Assembly: GCA_046350815.1 (NCBI GenBank)
Contig: JAXLZO010000001.1
Location: 330,001-362,000 of the forward strand
Length of the DNA stretch: 32,000 nucleotides
Origin: Candidatus Saccharimonadota bacterium
GTDB lineage: Bacteria; Patescibacteriota; Gracilibacteria; BD1-5; UBA2023
Reading direction: 5' to 3'
The position numbers were made by a program, and so were the translations under genes. The notes under the pieces are model-generated. The model searched no databases and was not told the origin of the DNA. It saw only the letters and a program-made list of their open reading frames with translations. This document shows positions 1-12,116 of this stretch, one piece after another (positions within the stretch are counted from its first letter, which is position 1; the number at the start of each line of letters is the position of its first letter).

Positions 1-2762
<2,762 letters not shown>

Positions 2763-2953
2763 TATGCAAGCTTTTTATTCTTTTTGTTGACTCGTCAACC
2801 GAAAGCAATAAGAACTGATATCATCAAAAAACGAGAGAAAAAACAACAAAGAATATACCTTAAAATATATCTCCTACCTTTCTTCTCTCAAACAACTTTT
2901 CAGTTGGAAAGTAATTTAACTAATCGTTCTATACTTTGTGGTTCTCAAAGACA

Positions 2954-3076
2954 GCATCTTGGTGTTTATAACGCGTGGGGTACACCTGTATCCATTCCGA
3001 ACACAGAAGTTAAGTCACGTCGTGCCTATGGTACTTCCGTTAGAAGCGGTGGGAGAGTCGGTAGACGCCAAGATGC
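2954..3076 (+). rRNA. rrf: 5S ribosomal RNA
   Basis: Helix I pairs GCATCTTGGTG with CGCCAAGATGC. The conserved core CCATTCCGAACACAGAAGTTAAG and GGTGGGAGAGTCGGTAGACGCC are present. It lies ~190 nt downstream of the 23S end. Confidence 0.9.
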
Positions 3077-3276
3077 TATTTTTGAGAGATGAACATACTC
3101 GAGAGAAAGCAGCACTAATCATTGATACACAATCCAGACTTGATAGAATGGAGAAAGATTAATGAAAAGTACAAACCAAAAGAATACGAAACCATTGGAA
3201 GCCACTCCCGACATCCGTCGATAGAGACGCTTCCCTTTTTCTTTCAAGAGATACGCACCAAGATACAACACACTAT

Positions 3277-3353
3277 GGGTGATTAGCTCAGTTGGCGAGA
3301 GCATCTGCCTTACAAGCAGGGGGTCATTGGTTCGAATCCAATATCACCCACCA
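3277..3353 (+). tRNA. tRNA-Val (anticodon TAC), CCA encoded
   Basis: Cloverleaf read by hand: acceptor GGGTGAT/ATCACCC, D stem GCTC/GAGC, anticodon stem-loop TCTGC-CTTACAA-GCAGG, T arm ATTGG-TTCGAATC-CCAAT, then ACCA. Confidence 0.9.
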
Positions 3354-3372
3354 TAATGTTGATTGTAAAGAG

Positions 3373-3408
3373 AAATCCCTTACTTGAAAGAGTGAGGGAT
3401 TTTATTTG
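3373..3408 (+). terminator. Rho-independent terminator after the rRNA/tRNA-Val unit
   Basis: An ~11-bp stem, AAATCCCTTAC (3373-3383) with GTGAGGGATTT (3392-3402), has an 8-nt loop and is followed by a T-rich tail. Confidence 0.7.
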
Positions 3409-3429
3409 GTGGATGGTAACATGATCTAT

Positions 3430-3787
3430 TTATTGATTTCCTATTAGTAAGGATTTTTCAATATTTGTTCTCTGAAGTTGAATTCTTGTTTTTGTAAGAT
3501 TTAATATTGTAACATTTTCATTTAAAGCGTCTTCCAAAGTTTTCAACTCTTTTGCATGATTTGCGAGCCAATCTTGTAGATTACATATTATATCTTCAGA
3601 ACATTGCGTAAATTCTCACAACTCATGTTGTATATATTCATTGTAGTTGTTTACTTTTTTAGATTGTTCCGCTGATTGCTCTTGTTTACCCAAAGTTTTT
3701 ATCTTTTTTTGGATTTTTTCATTAAAATTAGTTATTCGTTTATAATTACCGTTGATAATTTTGCAGCATTTTGATATGTAATAGTTA
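3430..3787 (-). pseudogene. 3' fragment of a minus-strand ORF abutting the IS (coiled-coil-like, no start codon of its own)
   Basis: 119 codons are open under TGA=Gly and end at TAA (complement of 3430-3432). The frame has no ATG and runs straight into the left IS end. Sequence ...KIQKKIKTLGKQEQSAEQSKKVNNYNEYIQHELGEF...LEDALNENVTILNLTKTRIQLQRTNIEKSLLIGNQ. See the split-gene finding. Confidence 0.35.
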
Positions 3788-3804
3788 GGCTCTAGACCAG
3801 AAGA
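3788..3804. repeat. IS left terminal inverted repeat
   Basis: GGCTCTAGACCAGAAGA is the exact reverse complement of 4552-4568. Confidence 0.9.
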
Positions 3805-3828
3805 AAGTAACTCATATACTCTCTTCTT

Positions 3829-4539
3829 ATGATCCCATACAGCAAAATATCAGTTCACGAACTTAAAAAGATTATTAAGTGCTTTTGTGTGGATATTGAT
3901 GCCACAAAAACAAGCGAGCTTTTGGGATATAATCGAAAGACCGTTAACCATTATTTCTCTATCTTTAGGAAAATAATCTACACGAATCGTATTGAGGCTT
4001 TCAAAGAAAAGATAGGTTGAGAAATAGAAGTAGATGAAAGCTATTTCTGAGCCAAGCGAAAAAGATGATTTGCAGGAAAACTTAAACGATGAAGATGAAC
4101 CCTCAAACAGCCAGTATTTTGACTCATCAAGAGAAAAGATGAGAATGGAAGAGTAGAAATATATACAGAGATTATTCCGAATTGCAAAGCTGTAACACTC
4201 CGCCCTATAATACAGGGAAAAGTCAGTATAGAAGATTCTATCCTATATTCGGATGGCTGGAAGGGATACGATGGTCTCGTAGATGTATGAATCGACAAGC
4301 ACTTTCGAGTCAACCATGGTACAAGTGAATTCTCACTTGGGAATGGAATTCACATCAATGGGATTGAGAACTTCTGGAGTTTTACAAAGCGCCGATTGAA
4401 CAAGTTCAACGGCGTGAAAGTAAACTTTCACCTTCATCTCAAAGAATGTGAATGGAGATATACCAAAGAAAGCTTTGAACTTGAGCAGGAACTTCTTACA
4501 ATGATTAAAATCTTTTATAAAAAATCCAGAAAATCTTAG
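3829..4539 (+). CDS. IS1595-family (ISXO2-like) DDE transposase, 236 aa, 7 in-frame TGA(Gly) codons
   Basis: Single frame from ATG 3829 to TAG 4537-4539. Family-typical motifs appear once TGA=Gly: ...GGEIEVDESYFGAKRKRGFAGKLKRGRGTLKQPVFGLIKR..., YSDGWKGYDGL, HFRVNHG, HINGIENFWSFTKRRLNKFNGV, HLHLKECEWRY. The track shows only the first 63 aa. Confidence 0.85.
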
Positions 4540-4551
4540 ATATTTCTAAAA

Positions 4552-4568
4552 TCTTCTGGTCTAGAGCC
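4552..4568. repeat. IS right terminal inverted repeat
   Basis: TCTTCTGGTCTAGAGCC is the exact reverse complement of 3788-3804. Confidence 0.9.
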
Positions 4569-4869
4569 ATATTTTATAGAATAGATAGGTCCATATAATT
4601 AGAAATGTTATCCCGAAAGCAAAAAGAATGTGTCATGCTTCATCGGTAATTCTAATGAATGCATATATATGAGAAATTATTGAAAAGAGTCCATAAAGTG
4701 TTCAAAAAAACATCATGCAAAAGATAAAAACTAATCAAGCATTCATTTTTTGATATTGTTGTAGTGTAGTAATATTGTTACCATCACACTTTACTCATTG
4801 AATAATGATTGAAGATAAATCATCTAATTTTTGCTGGTATACTTCATTATATTTCATATATCTAAACAT
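4569..4869 (-). pseudogene. 5' fragment of a minus-strand ORF abutting the IS (predicted membrane segment)
   Basis: ATG (complement of 4867-4869) is followed by 100 open codons reading into the right IS end: MFRYMKYNEVYQQKLDDLSSIIIQGVKCDGNN...GLVFIFCMMFFGTLYGLFSIISHIYAFI...ILFAFGITFLIIWTYLFYKI. It has its own promoter-like signal (4883-4911). Confidence 0.4.
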
Positions 4870-4882
4870 ATTATTTACTGTG

Positions 4883-4911
4883 AATCTAGCATACTCTAGC
4901 TATTCTGTCAA
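4883..4911 (-). promoter_or_regulatory. Sigma70-like promoter for the minus-strand ORF starting at 4869
   Basis: On the minus strand: TTGACA (complement of 4906-4911), 17-nt spacer, TAGATT (complement of 4883-4888), 14 nt upstream of the ATG. Confidence 0.45.
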
Positions 4912-5011
4912 AATTCCCCTCGCTTTCCTCCAATTTTCCATATAATACCAACCGTTCTTGAATAGATACAGCGAGTTATATAGAGACAAGTTATTGCATA
5001 TATACTTCCCT

Positions 5012-5088
5012 GCCCGAGTAGCTCAGTTGGATAGAGCAGGAGCCTTCTAAGCTCAAGGTCACAGGTTCGATCCCTGTCTCGGGCACCA
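5012..5088 (+). tRNA. tRNA-Arg (anticodon TCT), CCA encoded
   Basis: Acceptor GCCCGAG/CTCGGGC, D stem GCTC/GAGC, anticodon loop CTTCTAA, T arm ACAGG-TTCGATC-CCTGT, then ACCA. One G.A mismatch at the top of the anticodon stem. Confidence 0.85.
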
Positions 5089-5265
5089 TATGTGATTTAG
5101 GATCGAAATGAAAGATAAGACAGAATATCCGACTCGTTCCACTCGCTGGACTTCCTTCGGTTGCTCCACCCCGCCTATATTGACAATCTTAAGAGACAAA
5201 GATACAGGATACAAACCCCCTATCTCCCCCTTCTCAAGGGGATAAGACAAAAGATGAATAACTAT

Positions 5266-5343
5266 GGATCATTAGCTCAGCCCGGTTAGAGCACTTGCTC
5301 GACATGCAAGGGGTCACTGGTTCGAATCCAGTATGATCCACCA
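5266..5343 (+). tRNA. tRNA-Val (anticodon GAC), CCA encoded
   Basis: Acceptor GGATCAT/ATGATCC, D stem GCTC/GAGC, anticodon stem-loop CTTGC-TCGACAT-GCAAG, T arm ACTGG-TTCGAATC-CCAGT, then ACCA. Confidence 0.9.
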
Positions 5344-5360
5344 TAGATATATACAATAAA

Positions 5361-5396
5361 AAATCCTCTATTCACATTCAATGTGAATGGGGATTT
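5361..5396 (+). terminator. Rho-independent terminator after the tRNA cluster
   Basis: Long imperfect hairpin AAATCCTCTATTCACATT / AATGTGAATGGGGATTT with a 3-nt loop, followed by TTTCTG. Confidence 0.65.
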
Positions 5397-5458
5397 TCTG
5401 TGAATATTTTTGAAAAAAGAATCTATCCTGTACACTGTGAACAAACTACCTATTTTCT

Positions 5459-7423
5459 ATGAAAAATCTTTCTTTTCTTGTTATTCTTTTCAGTTTCTTA
5501 TTAAGTGCATGTAGCTTTCAAAATAAAATATCGCCAGATGATAATAAATGATTTTTAACTGGCAGCATTATTTTTTCTGGTAGTACGAGTTCATGATTGA
5601 ATAATTCCTGAAATCTTGCTTCTGATAAGCCTTCATTTTTTGATGATCATATTTTGGAAAATCTCTCAGGGAGTGAGTATGTATCCCAGATAGAGAACCT
5701 CTCTGATTTTACTGGATCAATGGGTCAATATAACCTTGAAAATATTACATCCACGGGTTATGCATATCGTATTATTCCAAAGGATACATGAGTAAAAAAT
5801 GTGGAGTTTTGTTTTTCTGATATCAAGGCTCCATGTAAGAAAGGAGAACAGCAATGAGATGGAAGCTATGTACTCCCCTTTTCCTTTCAGGATGTTGCCT
5901 TCCCTCGATCATATGCTTGATCTCAAATAGGGAGAATAACTACCAAAACATCTTCTGGGGAAGAGCTTGCTGATGATATATCTGCTTATTTTACTGTTTA
6001 TAACACAAGATCTTCCCTTTCACAATCATACGCATGTCTCGGTCGTATTTGTGTGGATGAGCTGTCTTCGTCGAAGAAATTAGATAAGAAAATTCAAGTA
6101 GAAAAAGATGGAGCAGAAATGGATATTCTCTTTGACCTCGCATCGGATAGCTCTTCTTTCCGAAATAATGATTTTGGATGAATTGATTATAAATACTCAC
6201 AAAAGAATGAATACGAGCGATTTATGTGATGTGGGGCTGGTGCTTTATCACAAATTATTCAAAATCCAACAAATACCATTGATCATGATATTATCCTCGG
6301 AAAGATGCGAATGAGACCTCTCCCATGGAATTCTTTTGAGTATACGAGAATGCTTGCTATGTGGGGGGTTTGATCATTTACATGAGAAGCTACATCAGAA
6401 AATATTCTCTCTTCACTTATAAAACTCACTCCTCCTATAAAATCACTACCATCGTACATCGTCCAAGAAGATCTCGATGAGCGCGGTATGCTCAATAGTC
6501 CAGCAAAGGTTTATGCACTCAATTTTGATAATATCTTTCGTTTTATTCGAGTAGCTGACTATTCGAGTGGTAGTATTTATGATGGAATAGTACAAGATGT
6601 AGCACTCAATAATCAACTTCTTTTAGATTCGATAATTTGAGGCTATATTAGAAAAATCACATCCAGCTGAGTAGATATGAGCTATGAAGAGCAACAAAAA
6701 CTGGATATTAAGGAGTGGAAACAAGGTGATGATCCAATTTTTGAGTTTGAAAATATAGGGGCTTGATTTGCTGCAATTCGATTGCTCCCAGGATATGAGG
6801 TAGGTAACTATGCAGAACTCTGTAAGCCAGCAATTTATGACTATTCTCTTGAGAAAAATCAGACCGTTACGCTTCATCCACCTTTTGGCGCTCAGTTTAC
6901 GAAGCTCATTCCAGATTTTACTCATGGCACGAGTTGGCAGTATGATGCATTGCTTGATGGAAAGGTGCAAGTAAACCAAAATATCTACCCATATCTCTAC
7001 TACAGTATCAAAGTACCACAATATACATGGTTGAATGATGGAATCGTCGTTCGTGGTAGCGATATAGAAAGATTTTTCGAAAAATCTTTGAAAGATATAG
7101 GTTTTCGTGATCGGGAGAAACAGGAATTTATTGAATATTGGAAGAATGAATTTGAATCTGAAAAGCTCTATGCAATAGCTTTTCGATATAATCAAGCGGT
7201 TAATAATATTATTCCACTTTCTTTTGAAAAGCCAGTAAATCAAATAAATCGTGTACTTCTTGAAGCTCAGGAGTTACCACGAGGATCTGATGTACGATCT
7301 TATTACGAATGATCACATTACGGTTATGAGAAACATATAAAATCATTAAAACGCTCTCAACATGATGTGTTTGAGTGGGGTGGAACATTGTTACGTCAAA
7401 ATGGTAATATCATTACTCATTAG
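5459..7423 (+). CDS. Large lipoprotein (654 aa) with a C-terminal domain paralogous to 26359-27090; 14 in-frame TGA(Gly)
   Basis: ATG 5459 to TAG 7421-7423 is one frame, checked codon by codon with no TAA/TAG. Signal peptide with lipobox MKNLSFLVILFSFLLSAC. The C-terminal ~230 aa align with the 243-aa protein at 26359-27090 and share the terminal motif EWGGT. The track shows only the 6782-7312 fragment. Confidence 0.8.
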
Positions 7424-7427
7424 AAAT

Positions 7428-9155
7428 ATGAAAGAAAGACGAATTCAAATAATTCTTTGAATCATTCTATGATGTCTCATAGTTTTGCTATGGGGCTCTT
7501 TTTTTCAAGAATGAAGTGGTGATAAGATAAGTGAAAGGATTTTTCATAAAGAATGAGGATGAATAGATGTTGTAATCCTTCCTCATCATGCTATTGCAAG
7601 CCAGGCACTTAACGAATGGTATGCCGATTATTTCAAGAAAAATGGGAGTTATGATAGGATTGTTATTCTTTCGCCTGACCATTTTGCAAATCTTCGCGGA
7701 CAATTTGTTCTCTGAGTTTCTCAAGATGGAAGTATTTGTTTTGAGTGAGTATGTCAAGGTGTTACTCCTCTGAAATTTGCCCCCAATAATACATCTGTTC
7801 GTATACCGTTATTCTCATCTTTGCAAAATGAATCTATTAATGAACATGGCGTAGGAGTCCATATACCTTATATCCACAAATATAATCTAAATGCTCGCAT
7901 ATCACCTTTGATCGTGCAGAGAGAATTATCTTGATTCCAAAAAAGCAAAGATCTTTCAGATCAATTATTTTCGGAGCTTCGTAGTTATAGTCAACAAGGT
8001 AAGAGAGTTCTTCTTATTGGATCAGTGGATTTTTCACATCATGTTGATGAGAGATTTGCTCAAGCACACGACATAACAAGTATTGAATCATTTAAGTCTT
8101 GAAATTTTGAGAATGTCGAAGTTGATTGTCGAAATTGTCTACTGATTGTCGACAATGTTGCAAAGCTTGCCGGGAAGCCAGATTTTATCAAGGACCAGAG
8201 AACAAGTGTCGCAAGTCTTGGTATATCACAAAAACCATTTGATAATACTTCACATATATTTGGACACTTTTGAAATATTTCTGAAGGTCAAAATCAAAAT
8301 AAAGTGACAGCAATCTATTTTGGTGATACCCACTTTGCAAGATGATATGAATACTATCTTGCTCGTGAAAAAGATTATCTGCAACAGTGGCTTGATCCAT
8401 TTGCACAAATGTGAAAGAGTTCTGAGTTTCCATTTGATAAATATTATCATCGACCACTTTCAGGTTATGACATTGTATCAGTGAATTTTGAAAGTTCCCT
8501 GACAAAGGAATCTGATTGTCCAAAAACATCAAAATCGATCGTCTTAGCTACGGATCCAAGTCGTCTTGTACTTTTTCAAAAGATAGGAGTAAATATGGTG
8601 CAAACGGCAAATAATCATTTTTATGATTGTGGAAGTGCTCTTGCTGAAAAATCTGGAAAAATATTTTGAGAGTATGGCATGGAGTCAGCTGGCATGAATC
8701 GATCTGGTGACATGTCGATCATAAAAAAAGAAATAAATGGTCTCAAACTTGCCTTTGTATCACTTAATGATGTTGATATGAAAATCGATACTTCTAAGGT
8801 GCAAAAAGAATTTGAAAAACTTAAAAAAGATGGCTACCTTATAACGGTGAATATTCATTGGTGAGAGGAATATGCAAAAGGGAAGCATACCTCACGACAG
8901 GAGAGTCTTGCAAAATTTCTTATTGATTATGGTGCAAATTTAATCGTTGGACATCATCCACATGTTGTCCAAGATGTTGGTGAGTACCAATGAGTCAAAA
9001 TATATTATAGTGTTGGTAATTTTCTCTTTGATCAGCCATTCCCTGAGACACTTGAGTGATACGGTATATCAGTTGTATACAGCTTTTCTTGAATTACTTC
9101 TGAAATTATTCCGTTTGAGCGAGATAAGAGAATCTATACCGTAAGGTGGAGATAA
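7428..9155 (+). CDS. Membrane-anchored fusion protein: Memo-like (class III extradiol dioxygenase fold) N-domain + CapA/PgsA-like metallophosphatase C-domain, 575 aa, ~17 TGA(Gly)
   Basis: One frame from ATG 7428 (4 nt after the upstream stop) to TAA 9153-9155, checked line by line. N-terminal TM segment RRIQIILGIILGCLIVLLWGSFF. Memo-like motifs VVILPHHAIA, ILSPDHF, EHGVGVHIPYI, SVDFSHHVD. CapA-like motifs VNFESSLT, TANNHFYDCG, NIHWGEEY (the G is TGA 8862-8864), GANLIVGHHPHVVQ, YSVGNFLFDQ. Confidence 0.75.
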
Positions 9156-9246
9156 ATTTTATATAAATTTAAAAACATAAAGCGTCAATAAAGATTATTC
9201 GCATTTTTTCAATTTTTCTAGTAATATCTTGATCTATTCAATTTTT

Positions 9247-10122
9247 ATGCAAGATATTAATCGCTGCGAACTCCCACAAGATTATTTTTATTATCGCACT
9301 ATCTCTTCGGATTATCTTTCATACCTTCATAGCTGCTCTAAGAATGTCCGCGTCATCAAAGTTGGAAAGCATGGACAATTCGCTTGGGCAAAAAAACTTT
9401 TGGGTATATGGATTATCAAATCTGAAAAGATCGATACACCTATTACGATTGAACAAATTCGAGAGAGTGGTATTATAGGACATGGTATTATTCTTTGGGT
9501 GCCATGGTCACAAAACGTCATCAAGCCACAAGGTTGGCATGCATTTTGGCTTCCACCTACACATAATACCACTTCTTGATTTACAGAAATAGTAGAATGA
9601 CGTGACTATCATTCGCTTTGGAAGACTCGAGTTAAGAGAGCATTGGCACGTTATAAGAAATATGAAGTAGCATGAGAAGTAAAAATTGTGAATGCAACGA
9701 CAGATGAATTTTGTGATGCATTTAAGGGCACCTATATTAAATATTGGTGAAAAGATATTTTTATTGAGTACTTTCGAACAATGCGAAAGTTCAATCAAAA
9801 AGACACACAGGCTTGGATAGCATATCATGGTGATAAGCCAGTTGCAGGACTCGCAGTCTATGATTACGGTATGAAGAAAGAGGTAAATTCGAGTGTGCAT
9901 ATGGTCGCCTTTACTCGAGAAGAATGAAAACCATTGCAGGTAGGAACATGACTCATGGATCGATGGTTCACACATTGCCAAGAAAAAGGCATTAAATATC
10001 TCAACTTTGATCATCTTCGGGATAACCCACTTGCAAAAGATCAGCAAGGGTATACTGATTTTAAGGAAAATTTTATTGAAAAGAGATACAAGATACTTAC
10101 AACTTGGATTAAGTTTTTTTAA
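9247..10122 (+). CDS. FemAB/GNAT-fold (Acetyltransf_6-like) protein, putative peptidyl/aminoacyl transferase, 291 aa, 6 TGA(Gly)
   Basis: ATG 9247 (the track uses an upstream in-frame TTG at 9229) to TAA 10120-10122. The C-terminal half, ...WIAYHGDKPVAGLAVYDYG...VHMVAFTREEGKPLQVGTGLMDRWFTHCQEKGIKYLNFDHL...QQGYTDFKENF, resembles the FemAB/BioF2-like acetyltransferase tail (G-Y-x-FK-x-F). The family call is tentative. Confidence 0.45.
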
Positions 10123-10131
10123 TCAGAACGA

Positions 10132-10157
10132 AGCCTTGCTATTGAGCAAGGCTTTTT
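10132..10157 (+). terminator. Rho-independent terminator
   Basis: Perfect 9-bp stem AGCCTTGCT / AGCAAGGCT with a 4-nt loop, followed by TTTT. Confidence 0.8.
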
Positions 10158-10222
10158 CTATCATCAGATTGGATTTTATCGTACATTCATGATATTCTTA
10201 GGATAATATTTTATTGATTGAT

Positions 10223-11638
10223 ATGATTAATTTTACGATCACCTCTGGAGAGTTATTTCCTTTTCTCATTGCACTTGCACTTTGAGCTTTGGTTGGTTGT
10301 GAGCGGGAGGTTTCATACCGTATGAAGGGTGACCAGCAAGATGAAGAAGATGACCAATTTGGTGGGCGTGCTTTCGCTGGAACAAGAAGCTTTGCACTCA
10401 TATCTCTCTTTGGGGGACTCATGGGGTTTTTTGCATCCATCGATATCCCTGGTAGCTTTCTCTCTGTTGCAATTGGCTTTTCTGCTCTTGTAATCATGAT
10501 TGCTATTGTTGAGTGATATGCAGTATTTATCAGAAAACAACCTTGAATTACTACGACCATATCACTTTTTCTCACTTATTTTCTTGGAGTTCTCTCTGTA
10601 GTGAGTAATTGAAAATATCAGGCGATCGCAACGGTAGTAGCTATTGCACTTACTATGATTCTTGCAACCAAAAAACATATTCGTTCTTTTTTTGATCGCA
10701 TTGATCATTATGAGCTTCTTGATGCACTCAAATTCGCAGTAATTCTCTTTATTATTTTACCACTTCTTCCATATAAGGATGCATTGTGAAATACTATTTA
10801 TTATGGCGCATCCCCGATTAATGATGCATTTTTTAATCCCTATAGTACCTGGAAATTTGTCGTTATCATGACGGGTATTGGTTATATCGGATATCTGCTT
10901 AAAAAAATTGTAGGAAATACTGGCGGTATTCAACTTTCTGGGATTATAGGTGGTCTCATATCATCAACGGCAGTGACTTCAGCAATGGCGCAAGCAAGTC
11001 GAGATGATCCAAACAATCCATACCCCTATCTTACTGCAACTCTCTTGGCAAATGCGGTTATGTTTATTCGTGTAGTAATTGTTGTGGCATTGTTCCATAT
11101 ACCAGTGCTCACATGATACCTTATTTATCCTATGTTGGTCTCTATTGCTATTGCTCTATTGAGCTGCATCGTTTTCCTTGGAATTGCACGAAAAAATGAA
11201 AAAAGTGATTCACAAAAAAAATCTCAAGATAAAACTGATACTGAGAAGAGTCCATTTCAAATATTACCAGCAATTAAATTTGCTATGTTGCTTATTATGA
11301 TTCAATGGATTGTGGCAGTTGTTCAAAACTTTTCTCAAGATCTTCCAGGTCAATTAGCAAATTATGCTAACTATATTGTCTCTTTTGTTGCTTGATTTAC
11401 GGATGTTGATGCAATTAATGTATCTATGACATCACTCGCAAAAAATGGACAGGTGTCTATTATGGTTGCTGGTACCTCCATTTTTCTCGCTGTTGTAGCG
11501 AATACAATCACCAAAATATTCCTTGCAGCATCATTTGCTTCTCGACCGTTTAAAATTGGCCTTATGAGTGTCTGTGCTCTTATCGTAGGTGCTGGTATAC
11601 TGACAATGTTCCTTGTTTCGAACCTTCTTCTCATATAA
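10223..11638 (+). CDS. MgtC/SapB-family N-domain + DUF4010-type polytopic membrane protein, 471 aa
   Basis: ATG 10223 to TAA 11636-11638. Four track fragments (10289, 10868, 11132, 11426) are all in the same frame and joined by TGA. MgtC-like opening LALGALVGCEREVSYR...FAGTRSFALISLFGGL is followed by many hydrophobic helices, including GIIGGLISSTAVT. Confidence 0.7.
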
Positions 11639-11642
11639 ATTT

Positions 11643-12116
11643 ATGCGATTTGATACTACGATTGGACCTTCGTTCAAACTCTCGGCATATTTAGCATTGT
11701 TCATTGGCACGGTTTATGTGGGGCTTGCAATTTTTTTACGATTACAACTTGATATTCAGAAATATATTTCTCTATGGTATTTTCTTCTTGAGTCTATTAT
11801 TTTATCATGACTTCTTGTGTTCTTTTTGAGACGAAAACAAGAATATCAGTATGCTCAGCCATTTTTTACGGCTTTATTTTTTGGATTTTTCTACGCGTTG
11901 GTTACTCGCTGATTTTATGTATTTGTGATGATATGGGATATGTTCACGTGAACACCTAACACACAGTCTCATATTCTCAACGCATTATCACCATCTCAGG
12001 AGTTTTCACTCATAGGTTTTATAGTCGGAGTATTGACGTCATTTCTCCTTTCTACAATTATTTTTTTTGTTCTTTTTTTTCGTAGACAGCTTTGACTTAT
12101 TCCACCAACTCAATAA
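11643..12116 (+). CDS. Small hypothetical membrane protein, 157 aa
   Basis: ATG 11643 (4 nt after the upstream stop) to TAA 12114-12116, with 4 TGA(Gly). Four hydrophobic segments. Its 3' end overlaps the convergent mnmA by 20 nt. Confidence 0.55.

Larger units (their letters stand above)
3788..4568 (+). mobile_element. IS1595-family insertion sequence (compact, 781 bp)
   Basis: Perfect 17-bp terminal inverted repeats GGCTCTAGACCAGAAGA (3788-3804) and TCTTCTGGTCTAGAGCC (4552-4568) enclose a single DDE transposase ORF. No convincing target-site duplication: flanks are AATAGTTA and ATATTTTA. Confidence 0.85.

Noticed and set aside
2763-3276. Long spacers in the rRNA operon (~190 nt between 23S and 5S, ~200 nt between 5S and tRNA-Val) as possible hidden features
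   Set aside because: They are AT-rich with no tRNA-like fold, conserved motif or credible ORF that I could see. They are most simply processed spacers.
3780-4576. Target-site duplication flanking the IS
   Set aside because: The 8-nt flanks AATAGTTA and ATATTTTA match at only 4 of 8 positions, and no shorter exact direct repeat abuts the inverted repeats.
3277-5343. Search for the code-25 hallmark tRNA-Gly(UCA) among the tRNAs in the window
   Set aside because: The three tRNAs read as Val(TAC), Arg(TCT) and Val(GAC). None has a TCA anticodon, so the suppressor-type tRNA must be encoded elsewhere.
6623-10047. Long antisense track ORFs (6623-7243 minus 206 aa, 8188-8532 minus, 9508-10047 minus 179 aa)
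   Set aside because: The opposite strand carries continuous, motif-bearing frames: lipobox protein, Memo/CapA motifs, FemAB-like tail. The antisense products are low-complexity Ile/Phe/Leu/Cys-rich strings, typical of the reverse strand of AT-rich genes.
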